DNA of 63,857 bases, filler included, from Phoronis australis (Eukaryota > Animalia > Phoronida): assembly GCA_002633005.1 (NCBI GenBank). It is 9 parts of 9 records of this genome, joined end to end, with 100 filler letters (N's around TTAATTAATTAA, not from the genome) between each part and the next. Parts side by side here need not be neighbours in the genome. Positions count along the whole stretch, not along the records: positions 1 to 27,124 come from NMRA01001273.1; 8 more parts are not named here. One strand, given 5' to 3'. The notes beneath the pieces are model-generated. The model was not told the DNA's origin and did no database searches. It saw only the letters and a program-made list of their open reading frames with translations. Of the stretch, positions 12,318 through 24,594 are shown piece by piece. Position 1 is the stretch's first letter, and each line of letters begins with the position of its first letter. The position numbers were made by a program, and so were the translations under genes.

Positions 12318-15300
12318 TTACTGTTTGCATTGAGAGCATACCCAGGCCCGTCGCTCTTTGTCTGAGAGGTCTGTAAAGTGCACGCACTTGTCATGGAACC
12401 AATCTCCACAGGTTCCACACTCTATCATAGGCTGGTAATCATCTGGACGGCGGCACTCACAGAAGACCTTGACTTCACAGCTACGCCTCACGGTACGACG
12501 CCTTGCATTAGTGGTACAGGGGAATGTTGTTAACTTTTCCGACTGGAGACAGTCAGCTAGATGTTGTCTCAACCTTTTTGCATCTGCATACTCAAGAGCA
12601 GTAGGGTCATCCCCAGCTGCTAATGATGTAGCAAATGCAATGGCAAACACACCACAACTGCTACCATCCAGTTGTTGGCTAACATTCAAGACGTTCACCT
12701 TCACCTGGGCGTTGGGACTTCTTACAAGATCGCAGATGGGCACGAAATCATCTTCACGTGGTTTTCCACCAAAGCTGTCGTAGATGTTAACTGCACCTGG
12801 AGGAAGACCTATGTTGGAAATGGTAACCCAATGACTATTATGCACAAGGAGAATTTGAATAAACTCACCTTTAGGTATGACCCAAGACAAGTTTTGCTGG
12901 AGAACTGGGTTGACAAGACCATCAATTTGAGAATTCATTTGACGAATCAGTTTGGATGCATAACCAATTTCAGTGTCAGTCAGCCAAAATTTCTGGTCCC
13001 TGATCTTCTCGTAGTGGGCAGACCTAGAAAGTGAGGTAGACTCGCTCTTTTTCTTCCCCTGCTCAGCTACCTTAACAGCGCTATCGATTTTCCTCCGCTT
13101 AGATGGGTGGTCCACCTTGGATGGGCTGTCGGAATGACCAGGCTTTGGTGTGACTTGCACTTTTTGGGACGCCATGGAGTTGGACTGTTTAGGCTCAGAT
13201 TGAGGTTGATGTTGATCAGGCTTTGATGGTTTGTTGGCACCATCTTGGTCAGAGGTGTAGCCGTCACTGTCATGATCAGATGTTAAATCAATACATTCGG
13301 ACGTGGCGTTGGAACTACTTGCTGCAGAAGGGGTGCTAGCTGGATGTGAAGGGAAGCTAGTAGGAGGTGATGTGGTGCTGGGACGCCCTGACTCGGACGG
13401 CACACTGGTACTTTGCCTATCAGACGCAATGTTGAGACCAGTCGGCTTAGACAAATCACCTGTTAGGTAAGGCTTCATCTGGACGATAGGGACTTTCTTC
13501 TTAAGAGGATTCCCCTGGAGGTCAGCCAACGAAGCTGCACATTCGTTCAACCCAATGATGGTATAGGGACCTTTCCAGTCATCGTCCAGGCGCATGCCCT
13601 TTCGCCCCAGCTTCCTCATGTTCTTGGTGAGGACTTCCATACCTACAGCAAAATCAAAACACTTCACACCCTTACCTTTTTTCAAAGCATACTGCTTTTT
13701 TTGCCTCTCCTGAGCCTTGCCAATATTCTCATCAACTCGTAACTTCACTTGCTCCATAACCTTTATTCGAGCATCAACATCTTCATCAAGAATGTCCAAA
13801 GTGGGTACAGGAATAGTTTCAGGTTGTTCGCCATCACTTTCGTAGTGCGCAAGCTCTGAAAACAATCTGACTTTACGATTAAACATAAGGAAAAAGGGAG
13901 AGTATTGTGTAGTACTTTGAACAGCCGTGTTAATGGCAAACAGTGATGTTTCCAGATGTTCATCCCAGTCATTTCTACTCTCATTTGACTTCTTTTGGAG
14001 CATCTTTTTGAGGGTTTGGTTGGTTCGCTCATCCTGACCATTGGTTTGCGGGTGATAGGCCAAGGTCATTAGATGTTTCACCCTAAAAAGAGAGAACAAG
14101 TGGTCATTAACGTGGTTACAGAACTCCCTACCTTGATCGCTGAGTACTTTCTTAGGTGGTCCATATGTCAGAAAGTAGGTCGACAGTTTGGAACACACAC
14201 AAGCAGCAGACTTCTCTGGGATGGGGTAAGCAGCCACATACTTTGACCACAAGTCTGTAATAGTGAGCACATAACGATTACCCGATTTAGAACACACAAA
14301 AGGACCAATCAAATCTATACCGACCATTTCCATAGGCTCACTCGTTGTTATAGGCTTCAACTCTGGAGCGACCGTCAATACCTTAGCAGAGCGTTGGCAT
14401 GCATCGCACTCTGAAATCCACTGTAGAACGTCTGCTGTAATGCCAAGCCAATAGAACCTAGAAGAAATCCTACTTAAAGTGTTGTTAAAACCCATATGTC
14501 CACCAGTTTCACAATGACAGTCCAGAAAAATCCTCCTCTTTTCATCATCATCTAGCACGACATGCTTGAACGTGACGTCACCCAACTTGTCTTTAGATAT
14601 GTACTGCAGGAAACCGTTGTCATCTGAAAAAAAAGCACCACGCATTAAAGTGAGTCTGCAGATTTTAATTCTTGTAATGAAGATGTCCAGCAGCAGTTTC
14701 TAATTCATTCCATTTCTTACCAAAACCTCTAATAGGATTGCTTATATTGATGAATTTCGTCTGTGCACATGGTCGTTGATGGAGATGGAAGTGTCTGGAA
14801 AATATACAGCAAGAACACAGTGACTGCTCAGGTTTCATAAGGTCAGCCATAGCTGGATTATACGGTTTTTGATATATGGGCATATGGAGTTATGTTTTGA
14901 GACAAGCAGTAACATACAGTACCATTAAAATAGTAAACATAAATACGTAGATAATGAAACAAGTCAATATTTTAGAATGAGTAGTAATGTTAGATACTGA
15001 ATTATTGAGAAATATACCAGATAAATTGATTACGAAACTTTGCTTTTCAAATGCATCTACTTAAATGGTAGAAGTCAAATCATGTTTTTTATCTGTGTCT
15101 GCATACTGTGAAGTTCACACCACACTGTGCTTTGTGTTTGTAAAATATAAGGAAGTTTGCAACCAATATAATAAAGCATCAAACAGGTTAAAAATTCAAA
15201 CAGTGGTGGGAAAATTCTGTGGTACACAGTGAAAAACAGCAGGAGCTTAAGTTGCATAGGGAGCTAATGTAAACAACCACACCTGGTATGAACACAGCAG

Positions 15301-17146
15301 CTGCTCCTAATAGTACTTAGGTGTTATAAACCCTGTGGTTTTCTCAACAGTCAGCCTGAACAGACAATAAGCAGAAGTTCACCAAGTTGAGTATAGCTTA
15401 CAACCAAAAGGGATTAAGTGCCCACCCCTTACCTGCCCAGCAGGTATCACCACTGAACAGGGGGGGTTCAAAGGGAAATTTGATGGGCTTTAAAAAGGTG
15501 GGAAGCCATACAGTAGAGAATACTTTTAAGCAATTGACTAATTTCTTAGGACAAATCCCTTAGCTGCCCAGCAGGTATTACCACTTTAATTTTAGGCAAT
15601 TGTCTAAGACCATCATGAATACATGGGTATTAAAGGATGTTTTTAGGGCTTCACAAAGGTGGGAAGCCATACAGTACACCATACCCTAGGACAATTCACT
15701 GATGACTTGGGCATGGGAATAGAAACATTGCAAAATGGAAGAATTACTAAACATCACTTTCGATATTTTATGGATTTATAAAAACTGATCTTTGACTTTA
15801 ATCTCAACTACATGAAGATTGGCTAATACTTGAAGTCTTTTCAAAAAACCAGCCATACAATGTGATAGCTGACAAACATAACTCAAAAATGGTTTAAGTT
15901 GGAAATATTGTGAGAAGTGGCTGAAGTATATGACATGTATTGGCATTTATTGGGAAAATGACTGAGTGACATTTTTGAAAGTCTTGTTCACCCAATATAT
16001 AATTATGGCCGATGCATTAACATGCATTTTCATGTCCATTGATTAAGTTTCTCGAAGCTACCGAAGACTCGTAAAATAGGTAGCTTGATGTTCAAACTAA
16101 GGTACTATGACAAACGCTCATGATATTGTATCTCAGAAGACTTTCAAGTAAAACTTTAAGTAATGTACGCTTTATGCACTATTTTCAAGAGACACTAAAG
16201 GTATGCATGTGGGGCTATAAGAAAGAATGATTTTTTGATTTGGATGAAAGGAAACCTAGAAATTGCATTAATGTAAACGAAGCAATAATTTTGAAAACTG
16301 ATAGGCCTATGATTTTTGCAATTTTGTCTTGAACATTTAAGTCGATGAATACACGGTTGCGTGAGTCAGTTAAAAGCACACATGGATACAAACTAAAATG
16401 AATTTGTATTGACTTTCTACTGTTAGAATTGGGAAATATATTCTTTTTCCATGCACAAGGTCAGAGTGGGAAGAAATTTCACGGGGAAAAAAATTTTACT
16501 AACCCCAGAGAATAGTACACGGTTTGACAGTAAACGAATGACATGATAACCTCGCTTAACAGCAACAAATTTAACACAAATTTATTGTTGCAAATTAATG
16601 TAACCAAAGCAATAATTTAGAAAATTGGTAACATGATTTTTGCGATTTTATCTTGAACACTTATGTCGTTGAATACAGTTAATAGGCCTAACAGACAAGG
16701 ATACAAGCTAAAATCAAATTCTGTTGACTTAACGTTAGAATTGGGAAATATATTCTTTTTCCATGCGCAAGGTCGGAGTGTGAAAAATTTCGCGGGGAAG
16801 AAATTTTACTAATAGGCCTACTACTAGAGACTAGAGTGCTGGAAATATTGGCTAACCCCAGAGACTAGTACAGAGCACTTGACATGACATGACATGACAT
16901 CCTCGCTTAACAATAAAAAAATAATACAAATTTATTGCTCCAAATGTAAGCCTAACAGACTTCAAGTAAAAGTTTTAAAATCAGAGTCACTAATAATTGA
17001 AGTATCAGTTTAGTCCACTTACCTAACCGAAAGCACTTGGCATAACTTCGAAAACCCCTGCGCTGATTGATCGTCAAAGTCAACGGAAGGGATCCATCCT
17101 CCAAAAACTTCTTCACATCACTCTCACTATACTTGCGATCACGCAT
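12318..17146 (-). CDS. Ginger1 transposase, two exons (17146-17023 and 14623-12318), 809 aa: integrase zinc-binding, DDE core, GPY/F, Ulp1-like Cys protease, PHD finger
   Basis: Exon 1 MRDRKY..AKCFRL ends at G|GTAAGT (phase 1) and joins ttttttttcag|AT in frame, giving 2430 nt. Motifs: H..H..C..C zinc site, DDE triad (GIDLIGP / SDQGREF / NGQDERTN), WKGPY, protease H-D-Q-C (SHWVT, YDSF, QQLDGSSCGVFAIAFA) and a C4HC3 PHD. No internal stops. Confidence 0.9.
16270..16930. repeat. ~330-bp imperfect duplication in the transposase intron; each unit carries a TIR-like motif
   Basis: ttagaattgggaaatatattctttttccatgc.caaggtc occurs twice. gggaagaaatttcacggggaa is at ~16468 and aaatttcgcggggaagaaattt at ~16785. 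Confidence 0.75.
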
Positions 17147-17411
17147 CTTTGCAAAAAAAACGTCTGGAATATTCGTGTACGTAGCAGATAGCGACTCAAC
17201 TGTCTTACTGTAGTGTAGCGAATGGCCCTGGGAAGAAATTTCACGCTCATCTTATGCTCTCAGCACCGGAAGCCACTTTGGCCAATGTGCGCATGCGCAA
17301 GGCCAGATTGGGAAGAAATTTCACGGGGAAGAAATTTCACGCGACACCGGCTGGGATCCCCCTATCCCCAGGTTAATTACGGTGGCGTTACGGCGGCGCC
17401 GCCCATGGCAC

Positions 17412-17537
17412 CATGGGCGGCGCAGCACTGAAATAGGTACGGCTATAGCATGAGCGGCGCACCATCTAGCTGGGCTGTGGGGCTATAGCCCCCCATTGAA
17501 GGCGCCGCCCATAGGCCTATAGCCCTCCGCAGCCATG
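17412..17537. mobile_element. Short GC-rich MITE-like repeat, related to 35348-35494
   Basis: Shares catgggcggcgcagcactgaaa and tatagcccc with the 35.4-kb copy. Confidence 0.5.
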
Positions 17538-18233
17538 GTGACGTAGGACAATTGACATATTTTTATTTAAACAAATTCGTACTTCCCGGCGGCGTCCGCG
17601 CCTTTTGACTCCTCAATTAAGTTAGGGAAAAGTGTGCCAATTAAGTCTTGATCGAACAATATTTGACGCGACAAATTATTTGCTGAAAATGGGTTAAATA
17701 GGAGAGATTCAGGTAATAAGAAAATGATAAATTTGAGCCTTGAGTTTCGAGTCAGCTCAACTCAGTTTTATCCCCCTGGTAATTTAATAAGGTCAGACCG
17801 GCTCACAGCAAGTCGCGAGTTTAAAAAGTTATTGCATAGAGACAGGATCGCGTTTGCCACCGAAATAGTGTTCTATTAGTCGTTTTGCCATTGCCACTAC
17901 AGACGACAAGCGGCAGCACCTACACGAGATTTTGCTTCGAAGCAAGAAATCGCCGCCATTACCAGGAGCTCTTTGAGTTTGCTTACTCAGGCCCGATACC
18001 TAGGAACAGTGCCGCATCAGGGCGTACTGTGGAGAATTTCTCGTTACACTCGGCTGGTCACCGCTGAAATTCCGTTTGACCCGCTCAGGCAACTTTATAT
18101 AATATGCCTATTCAGCTTGCCTTTTTTTATTCAAACTAATGAAGCGGAAATGTGATCGCAGCTGTTACACCGAAATTGTATTTCTCTGACATTTGCACAG
18201 AGTTACACCCTGAAATGTGTTGAAGTTCGGGGT

Positions 18234-19724
18234 CATGTCGTGAACACATCCACTAAAACAAGAAACTGTAGGAACACCGCATTTATCCACCTTCACTCTT
18301 ATCAGGCTTCTATTGTGAGTCAGCATGCGTGAATAATTGGGTGATAAGTCACCTCTGGAACTACTTTGGGCTGAATGGATGACCAGGCCATAAAATGATA
18401 ATTAGCCAAGACCAGTTACTATAATGCAACAAAGAACAAGTAATAATGTCTTGCATCACCTAGCCTTGGTGGAAAGCTGTATACTGTATTGGCTCAAACA
18501 AACGCTTAGAAAAATTCATTTCACGGGGAGGGGACGCTTATTGTAGTGAGCCTACGGCAGTTGAAACCCGGTTTCCCAAACGGGTAAAATCGGAAGCTAG
18601 GATTCATCAAATTTACGCTCTGTGACGTATTTGTAGCCTATGACAGCCTTTCTACAAAATTGTGGTGCATTGCTATCAACTTCCGTTGTTAAATTACGAT
18701 AATTTTTCAAAAAATTGTGCTCATCACAGGGCGAAAACTTGCCGACTGATGCGTCGCTGAATCGCGATCGTCAATAGGAAAACTTGTACTCTTGAATAAA
18801 AATATAGTTTCGACTCAACAAATTACCTGAAATCTTCCTGATGTTTTACAATTTTTAAAGTTCCTGTGGAGTCCAGATTAATTGCGATTAAGTCCAAATG
18901 TGCGCTACATCGTACTCCACAACACGAGAAAAATCTCTGGATGAACACACATGTTGTTGTCACGTGACGTTTGTTTTGAAGGTCGTCTGCGTATGAGAGT
19001 GAGTGAGCGTGCGTGTGCGGGTCATCGACGATAGACTTTTTTGTTACAAAAGGCGGAGGATTATGCAAGAAAATGGCGTTTACTAGATTGTTTTTCACTT
19101 AAACGGCTGTAACGTGCAAGGTGAGTGCGCTCGCAGAGTCACATCTCGGAAGTTTCCGGTTTGACGGATGACAAAGAACGATCTCAATGAAATTACACAA
19201 AGTCGTTTTAGAGCTTGTAATAGCTATACAAAACGTATTTTGAGTATTAAAATGCATTTTTTCCAAAACCTAAATAACACACGGAGTAGTTCTACATTTA
19301 TACAATCCTAACTTGGGTCCTATATTTTTGTATTCGTGCGCGCCGAATGAAAGTAATCGTGAGTGTTTCTGTGTTGCAAAATCTCTTATCCTGGGTCGAT
19401 TTGAAAAATTCAAAGTTGTATTCGTATTTGTTTTCGCTCCTCTTTTCAAATATTACAGTTAAAACTACGTAAAATTCTCTCCATAAAAAGTACAGTTGTT
19501 AGGCTAGACTGTAATCAGCTGATCATATCCGCATGAGCGAAGGCAATTATCCTCGCTCGTGACTCGATGAATAGAGCAGCTTGGCGGCATCCCTTTGAGC
19601 ATGAGCCGAGCGCGTCTCAGCCAAGGTGGATAAATACGGTCTAGTTCAATTTTCCATACCCCGCCGTTTACCTTAAACACCGGGGTTAGAACCAATTTTA
19701 TTTAGTGGGAATGTTCATAGCATG
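18234..19724 (+). mobile_element. CATG-family non-autonomous TIR element, copy 2 (both ends present)
   Basis: CATG...CATG termini with an 18/24 inverted match and GT on both flanks (possible 2-bp TSD). It lacks the ~2070-2545 segment of copy 1. Confidence 0.75.
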
Positions 19725-20851
19725 GTGTTGGTGGCGTTTCTTGACAAAGGACCATTACCCAAATTACGATCGTTGGTTTTAGATATGATTTAAAACTGCT
19801 ATGGTCGTTTTATTTTTAATACTCCAGTCTACTTTGTTTTGTTTACTGCTCGCAGGTTACTAACTTTTGATTTTATTTTTAAGCTCGAAGTGGCAAATCA
19901 GTGGCAGATTTTGATCGTCAGAGAAAGTTGACTCTCGCTCGCCGACCAGGCACCTCGATCATCTATTGCTTGGATTTTCTCAGTGACTTTGAAGGTAACC
20001 ATCATAGTTAATCTTCACAACACGACACCTGTTTCATCATAGCTAGCCGATTACCGAATATCGCACTGAATTTTCAGGTTAGTGTGCTGCTCCTCAAATA
20101 AAGTATATAGTTCAACGCCGGCGACAAGCATTGGCAAAAATCTTTTGACATCTAATTCGGTCAAAGTGTGTTGTTCCTATTTGTTGTAGTTTAGTTGTAT
20201 ACTAAAAGTATAAACCGCGAGCCCCAATTATGATCAGCGTTTGTTTATCAATATGCACGGTTGTTTATCTTCATTCTGTAACCAATGTTCGTAGTGTTTA
20301 GCTCATTAGCTACTAGTTCATCGATTTTTAAAAATTGAAAACCATGCGATATTGATTTTTGCAGCTGAATACTTTCGTACCGTTTTATTGGTTTATGCAT
20401 TTTGAAAATTGTCCCGTATGTACAGGGGAGAGAGGTTTACTACAGTAATTGCTCGCACTGGACTGTGCGGTCATCACAACTGCATCAGACTCTGGCGCCG
20501 CGCTCACTTTGATCCTGGTGCAAGCCGTTCCGAACGAGGCTGAAGAAGCAGCGGTGAAAAGTCCCTCATATCTTTAGAATTGAATGTTTTCCTGGTTAGC
20601 AAATTATTCACGGCAAGGGCGCGCGAGGAGACTCAGAGCACAAGTTAATTCAACTTCATTAACCCCCAACGTTCTTATCGCCACCACCTCTGCACCCATC
20701 CTTCTTCACGTTCTCCCAAATGTCATCAAATTTGTATCGCACGCCGTGAGGGGACGACAAATACCGGAGATATGCAACCACAAGTTGATCGAGTAACCGA
20801 ATCGATCTACTTCAAGTTATAACTGTAGCGGCAAAAATTGGAATTGGACAA

Positions 20852-20924
20852 ACTATATATATATATGTGCGTGTGCCGTGCGTGTGCCGTGCGTGTGCCG
20901 TGCGTGTGTCGTGCGTGTGTGTGT
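20852..20924. repeat. Microsatellite/minisatellite (TA)n + (GTGCGTGTGCC)n
   Basis: Read directly from the sequence. Confidence 0.85.
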
Positions 20925-22259
20925 AGGCTAGCTGATGATCAGCTCAGCAACTCGATTGCTCAGCTCGTATCCGCCCAGATGCATGGCCCTAATGATTAGG
21001 CCGAAACAAAGTCGTTCAATAGTGGCATCTCAGTTGTAGGTAGACAATGGTTCTCTACATCTACTGGAAAAAGGTGTCGCCTTCAGCCCTTGATTTGACG
21101 AAAGTTATTGTAAGCTTCTGTATTGTATAGGGCAATTATTGCATTAGCGATGACTTCATAATTATGAGCCTATAAGCATGACTAACCCGTCGAAATCGAT
21201 TCACGCATGTGCCTTGGCCGGCGCCCCAGCATGTAGTCAATATTGGAGGGGGAGGGGTGGTTTGAACTTCTAGAATGGTGGACCTTTGATATTTTGCAAA
21301 CGTCGACACAGGTTTCGATAAGGCCTTTGTTGGCAAAGCTTAACAGTACGGCGTTTTCCCGCTGCGATCCCAACTTGTTCGATTCTATAGCCCGACAACC
21401 ATGGTTGGGAAGTTTACCCCTATAGCCAATATCTTACACGACTGATTAACTCCATTTTGGCATTCATGGTTGGTCAGGACCAGCTCTCTTTTGTTCGATA
21501 ATTGCTCTAATCTCCAATAAGATCCTATCTACCCTGACTGGGCTGTGCTGTTAAAAATAAAAAAGTAAAGTTATAACATACTTGAACATTAGCCAATAGA
21601 ATTTCTGAAATCTTCGTCAAACCGCGAGTTACGACAATCTATTTTTTCCGAATGTACCAATTTCCTTTGGGTTTTACTGTGTTCACACGTGGTCTAGGTG
21701 TAATTAAAGCCTGGTAGATAATTGGCCTGCTTGTTGTCATAACAGACAAAAGAATGTGCTTGGCAGTTCACAAAGTACCTAGATGTTATCACACGCTCAG
21801 AACCCCCTACGTCTGGTAAAGTCACTGAATGGGAAAATGCTGTCGCTGAACCCCCCCTGACTATGGGCTTGGGGGTGTTCAGTACTTATGAAATTCGATC
21901 GCTAATTTCTCTTATAATGCATCTATTTAAAAATTTGAAGACGGCTAATATTTGCTTTTGTCTGTGGGGTTTGCGATTCACAAGCACTAAGATCACTACT
22001 GCAGTTTAAAGCCTATTTTGAACAGTAACACTTGGACTGAAATTTCTATATCCTACAGTATATTACGAGCATTGAGCTGAGCCCAGTAGTTCCATTAATT
22101 GTCAAATGTAACGAATTGTTAGGGATATTGGTTTGCTTTTGTATACGTCACCGCGAGAATCATCTTTTAATTCAAACAGCTGCGAATAACAAGCGCACCC
22201 AATGGTGTTTCATTCAGACCGATCAATATTTGTTGTCGACCTTTTGTTGTTTGTGCAGT

Positions 22260-24509
22260 CCCATACGAAAAAGTACACTGGACTTTCAGTTGGGACAGGA
22301 ATTGAAATTCAATTGAGGTTCAATTGAGATTCAATTGAAATTCAATTGAAGTTTTTCCCATGTAAATGAATTGATTCAATTCATTAGCATATTCAATAGC
22401 CATTCAATAGGAATTCAATAGCCGTTCAATAGCCATTCAATTCTCCATGCAGTACAGGATCATCCCATATTCAATAACCATTCAATAGCCATTCAATAGC
22501 CGTTCAATGGCCATTCAATAGCCGTTCAATGGCCATTCAATTTTTCTAACTATACAGAATATTTTGAATTTCAAGTATTTTCTATAATAAATTAACTCTT
22601 TCAAAAATAGGATGTATTGTTGTTAACCTGTTCAAGAGATAAGAATAGTTCACAATCTTCATTCAACAACCTGGCATGCACGAATAAAATCAAATCATAG
22701 ACAACTGAACATTTCGAAACCTTAAATCGAAACTTGCACAAGTATTACAATTATCATACAGCATCAGTCAAAGAAAAACAAAAACAGAGCCTTAGGCATT
22801 TGAATAGTAGCAGCCTTTGTAAACATTTTGAAGAATCTAATGCTGACTAATTGTACATTGTTTTTTAAACATTTGTATGCTGAGCCTCGTACATGAAATA
22901 ATCATTTGACACTATGAACAATTAGTTGAACACATCCATACGTTGAAGGGTAAAGTAGTATTTTATATCCAGTTAGCTAAATATATGTAGGCGATAAGAT
23001 AAAAAATAATTATTTCAGGCATACAAAGCTATAGCAGCAAAATATTAGTTGTCTGAAAAGCACGGTCCACATGTGATACCAAATCTTTAAATGTCGGCAT
23101 TGTACAGCCTTTCATGGTCTCTGCAGAACTCTGGAGTCCGCACTTTTCAGAGTACTGAGACTTGATATAATCCATTAATTTCAGGTATCTGTCCACAACA
23201 GGAACTGATGACCGCGGCACAGTGTTGGTGGGTCAGTGGGTATTAGCTCCCAAGAGTTATAGTCTTTCACTTTATCATGCATGTTTTCAAAGTCTTCTTC
23301 TGAACTAAAAAAGTTGAAAAATATCCAATTAGAGGGTATCAAATAATAAAAGTATTAAGTAAATTTGAATTATGTATTGAGCTTGTCGCTCAGGAAATAC
23401 ACGAATGCTTTCTTAGTTAATTAGCCATAGTCTGGCTTTTGACTAAGAGTTATTTGCTACACTAATGGAAACTCATATCCGAAGTTTGATTTTTAGTCCT
23501 ATGAGCAGAACAGTTAATTAAACCATACTGCAGAGACACTACCGGTAGATGACTGGTGGCAATGGCAAACCTCTAATATCCGATACATCTCTTACTTAGT
23601 TCCTGTAGCTCAATTATTTAGTTTCCGTTCATGTAACAAAAATAAAAAATTACTTTTCTCTCATTGCTCTGATGTGAAAATTTTAACACAGAATCATAAC
23701 AACGTGTTTCTATGTCTCAAGTAATTAAAGTAAATAAAATATGTTAGGTCAAAACACTATTAACTGACACTTGTCTTGGCATTAACTACATGCACATGCA
23801 GGTTTTGGTCTGTAACCCAACTCATTTTGAAATCTGTGCTCTATACTACTTAACTTCCATAACCTTAATCAATTGAATCAGTTAAAAAACTTCCTTTTTG
23901 TTTGTAAGACTAAAACTACTCATTCATAAGTGAAACATAAATGTCACTTAACAATCAAATTGACAAAAATACAATGTTGAAATCAAAAACTCACCATTTA
24001 ATGTATTCAGTTCTTCACTATCCATGCAGAGTTTATGCTGGACCAAAACCGTTTGAGAGGGTTTGAAAATCTTAAAGGTCACTTTCCAGGGATGTAACCT
24101 TGACAACCAATTGGTAACACATGTTTAAAATAAACATTGCTGGTAACTTGTTAAATCAAACCATCCAGAAATTCCCTAAGTCTTGAAATTCAATAGTCAT
24201 TCAATTCCATGACATCCTGAAATTTTCTAAGTCCTCAAATTCAATAACTATTCAATTCCGAACGGCCAAAATTTTTCTAAGTCCTGGAATTCAATAGCCA
24301 TTCAATACAGAACAGCTAAAAATTTTGTAAGTGCGGAAATTCAATAGCCGTTCAATAGCCGTTCAATAGCCATTCAATTGACGGCAAGGGAAGTGCCAAT
24401 TGAATTTTCATTCAATAGACATATTCAATAGAACTTCAATTTTCTATTGAAATTCAATTGAATTTCAATTGAATCTCAATTGAAACTCAACTTTTCCTTT
24501 TCCTATGGG
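22260..24509. mobile_element. Non-autonomous EnSpm/CACTA-like element, 2250 bp
   Basis: Termini CCCATAC/G...CTATGGG and a 2-bp GT TSD (22258-22259 and 24510-24511). Both ends carry subterminal arrays of palindromic TTCAATTGAA and TTCAATAGCC. Confidence 0.7.
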
Positions 24510-24594
24510 GTCATCTCTCAGTGAGGCAATGTGATGTGAAAAGGCAGCTACATCTATCATTTGAGGGGCTTACAATGATACAATGATTTGATTA

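Larger units (their letters stand above)
5314..17346 (-). mobile_element. Ginger1 DNA transposon, apparently full length (~12 kb)
   Basis: Perfect 39-bp TIRs at 5314-5352 (tgtcgcgtgaaatttcttccccgtgaaatttcttcccaa) and 17308-17346, with TGT...ACA termini. Flanks GCGG (5310-5313) and CCGG (17347-17350) fit a 4-bp TSD with one mismatch. It encloses a Gypsy-integrase-like gene with no RT, gag or LTRs. Caveat: a single N at 8204 lies inside. Confidence 0.88.

Noticed and set aside
12318-14645. Gypsy LTR retrotransposon pol fragment or domesticated GIN1
   Set aside because: There is no RT, RNase H or LTR. TIRs, TSD, intron and Ulp1/PHD tail indicate Ginger1.
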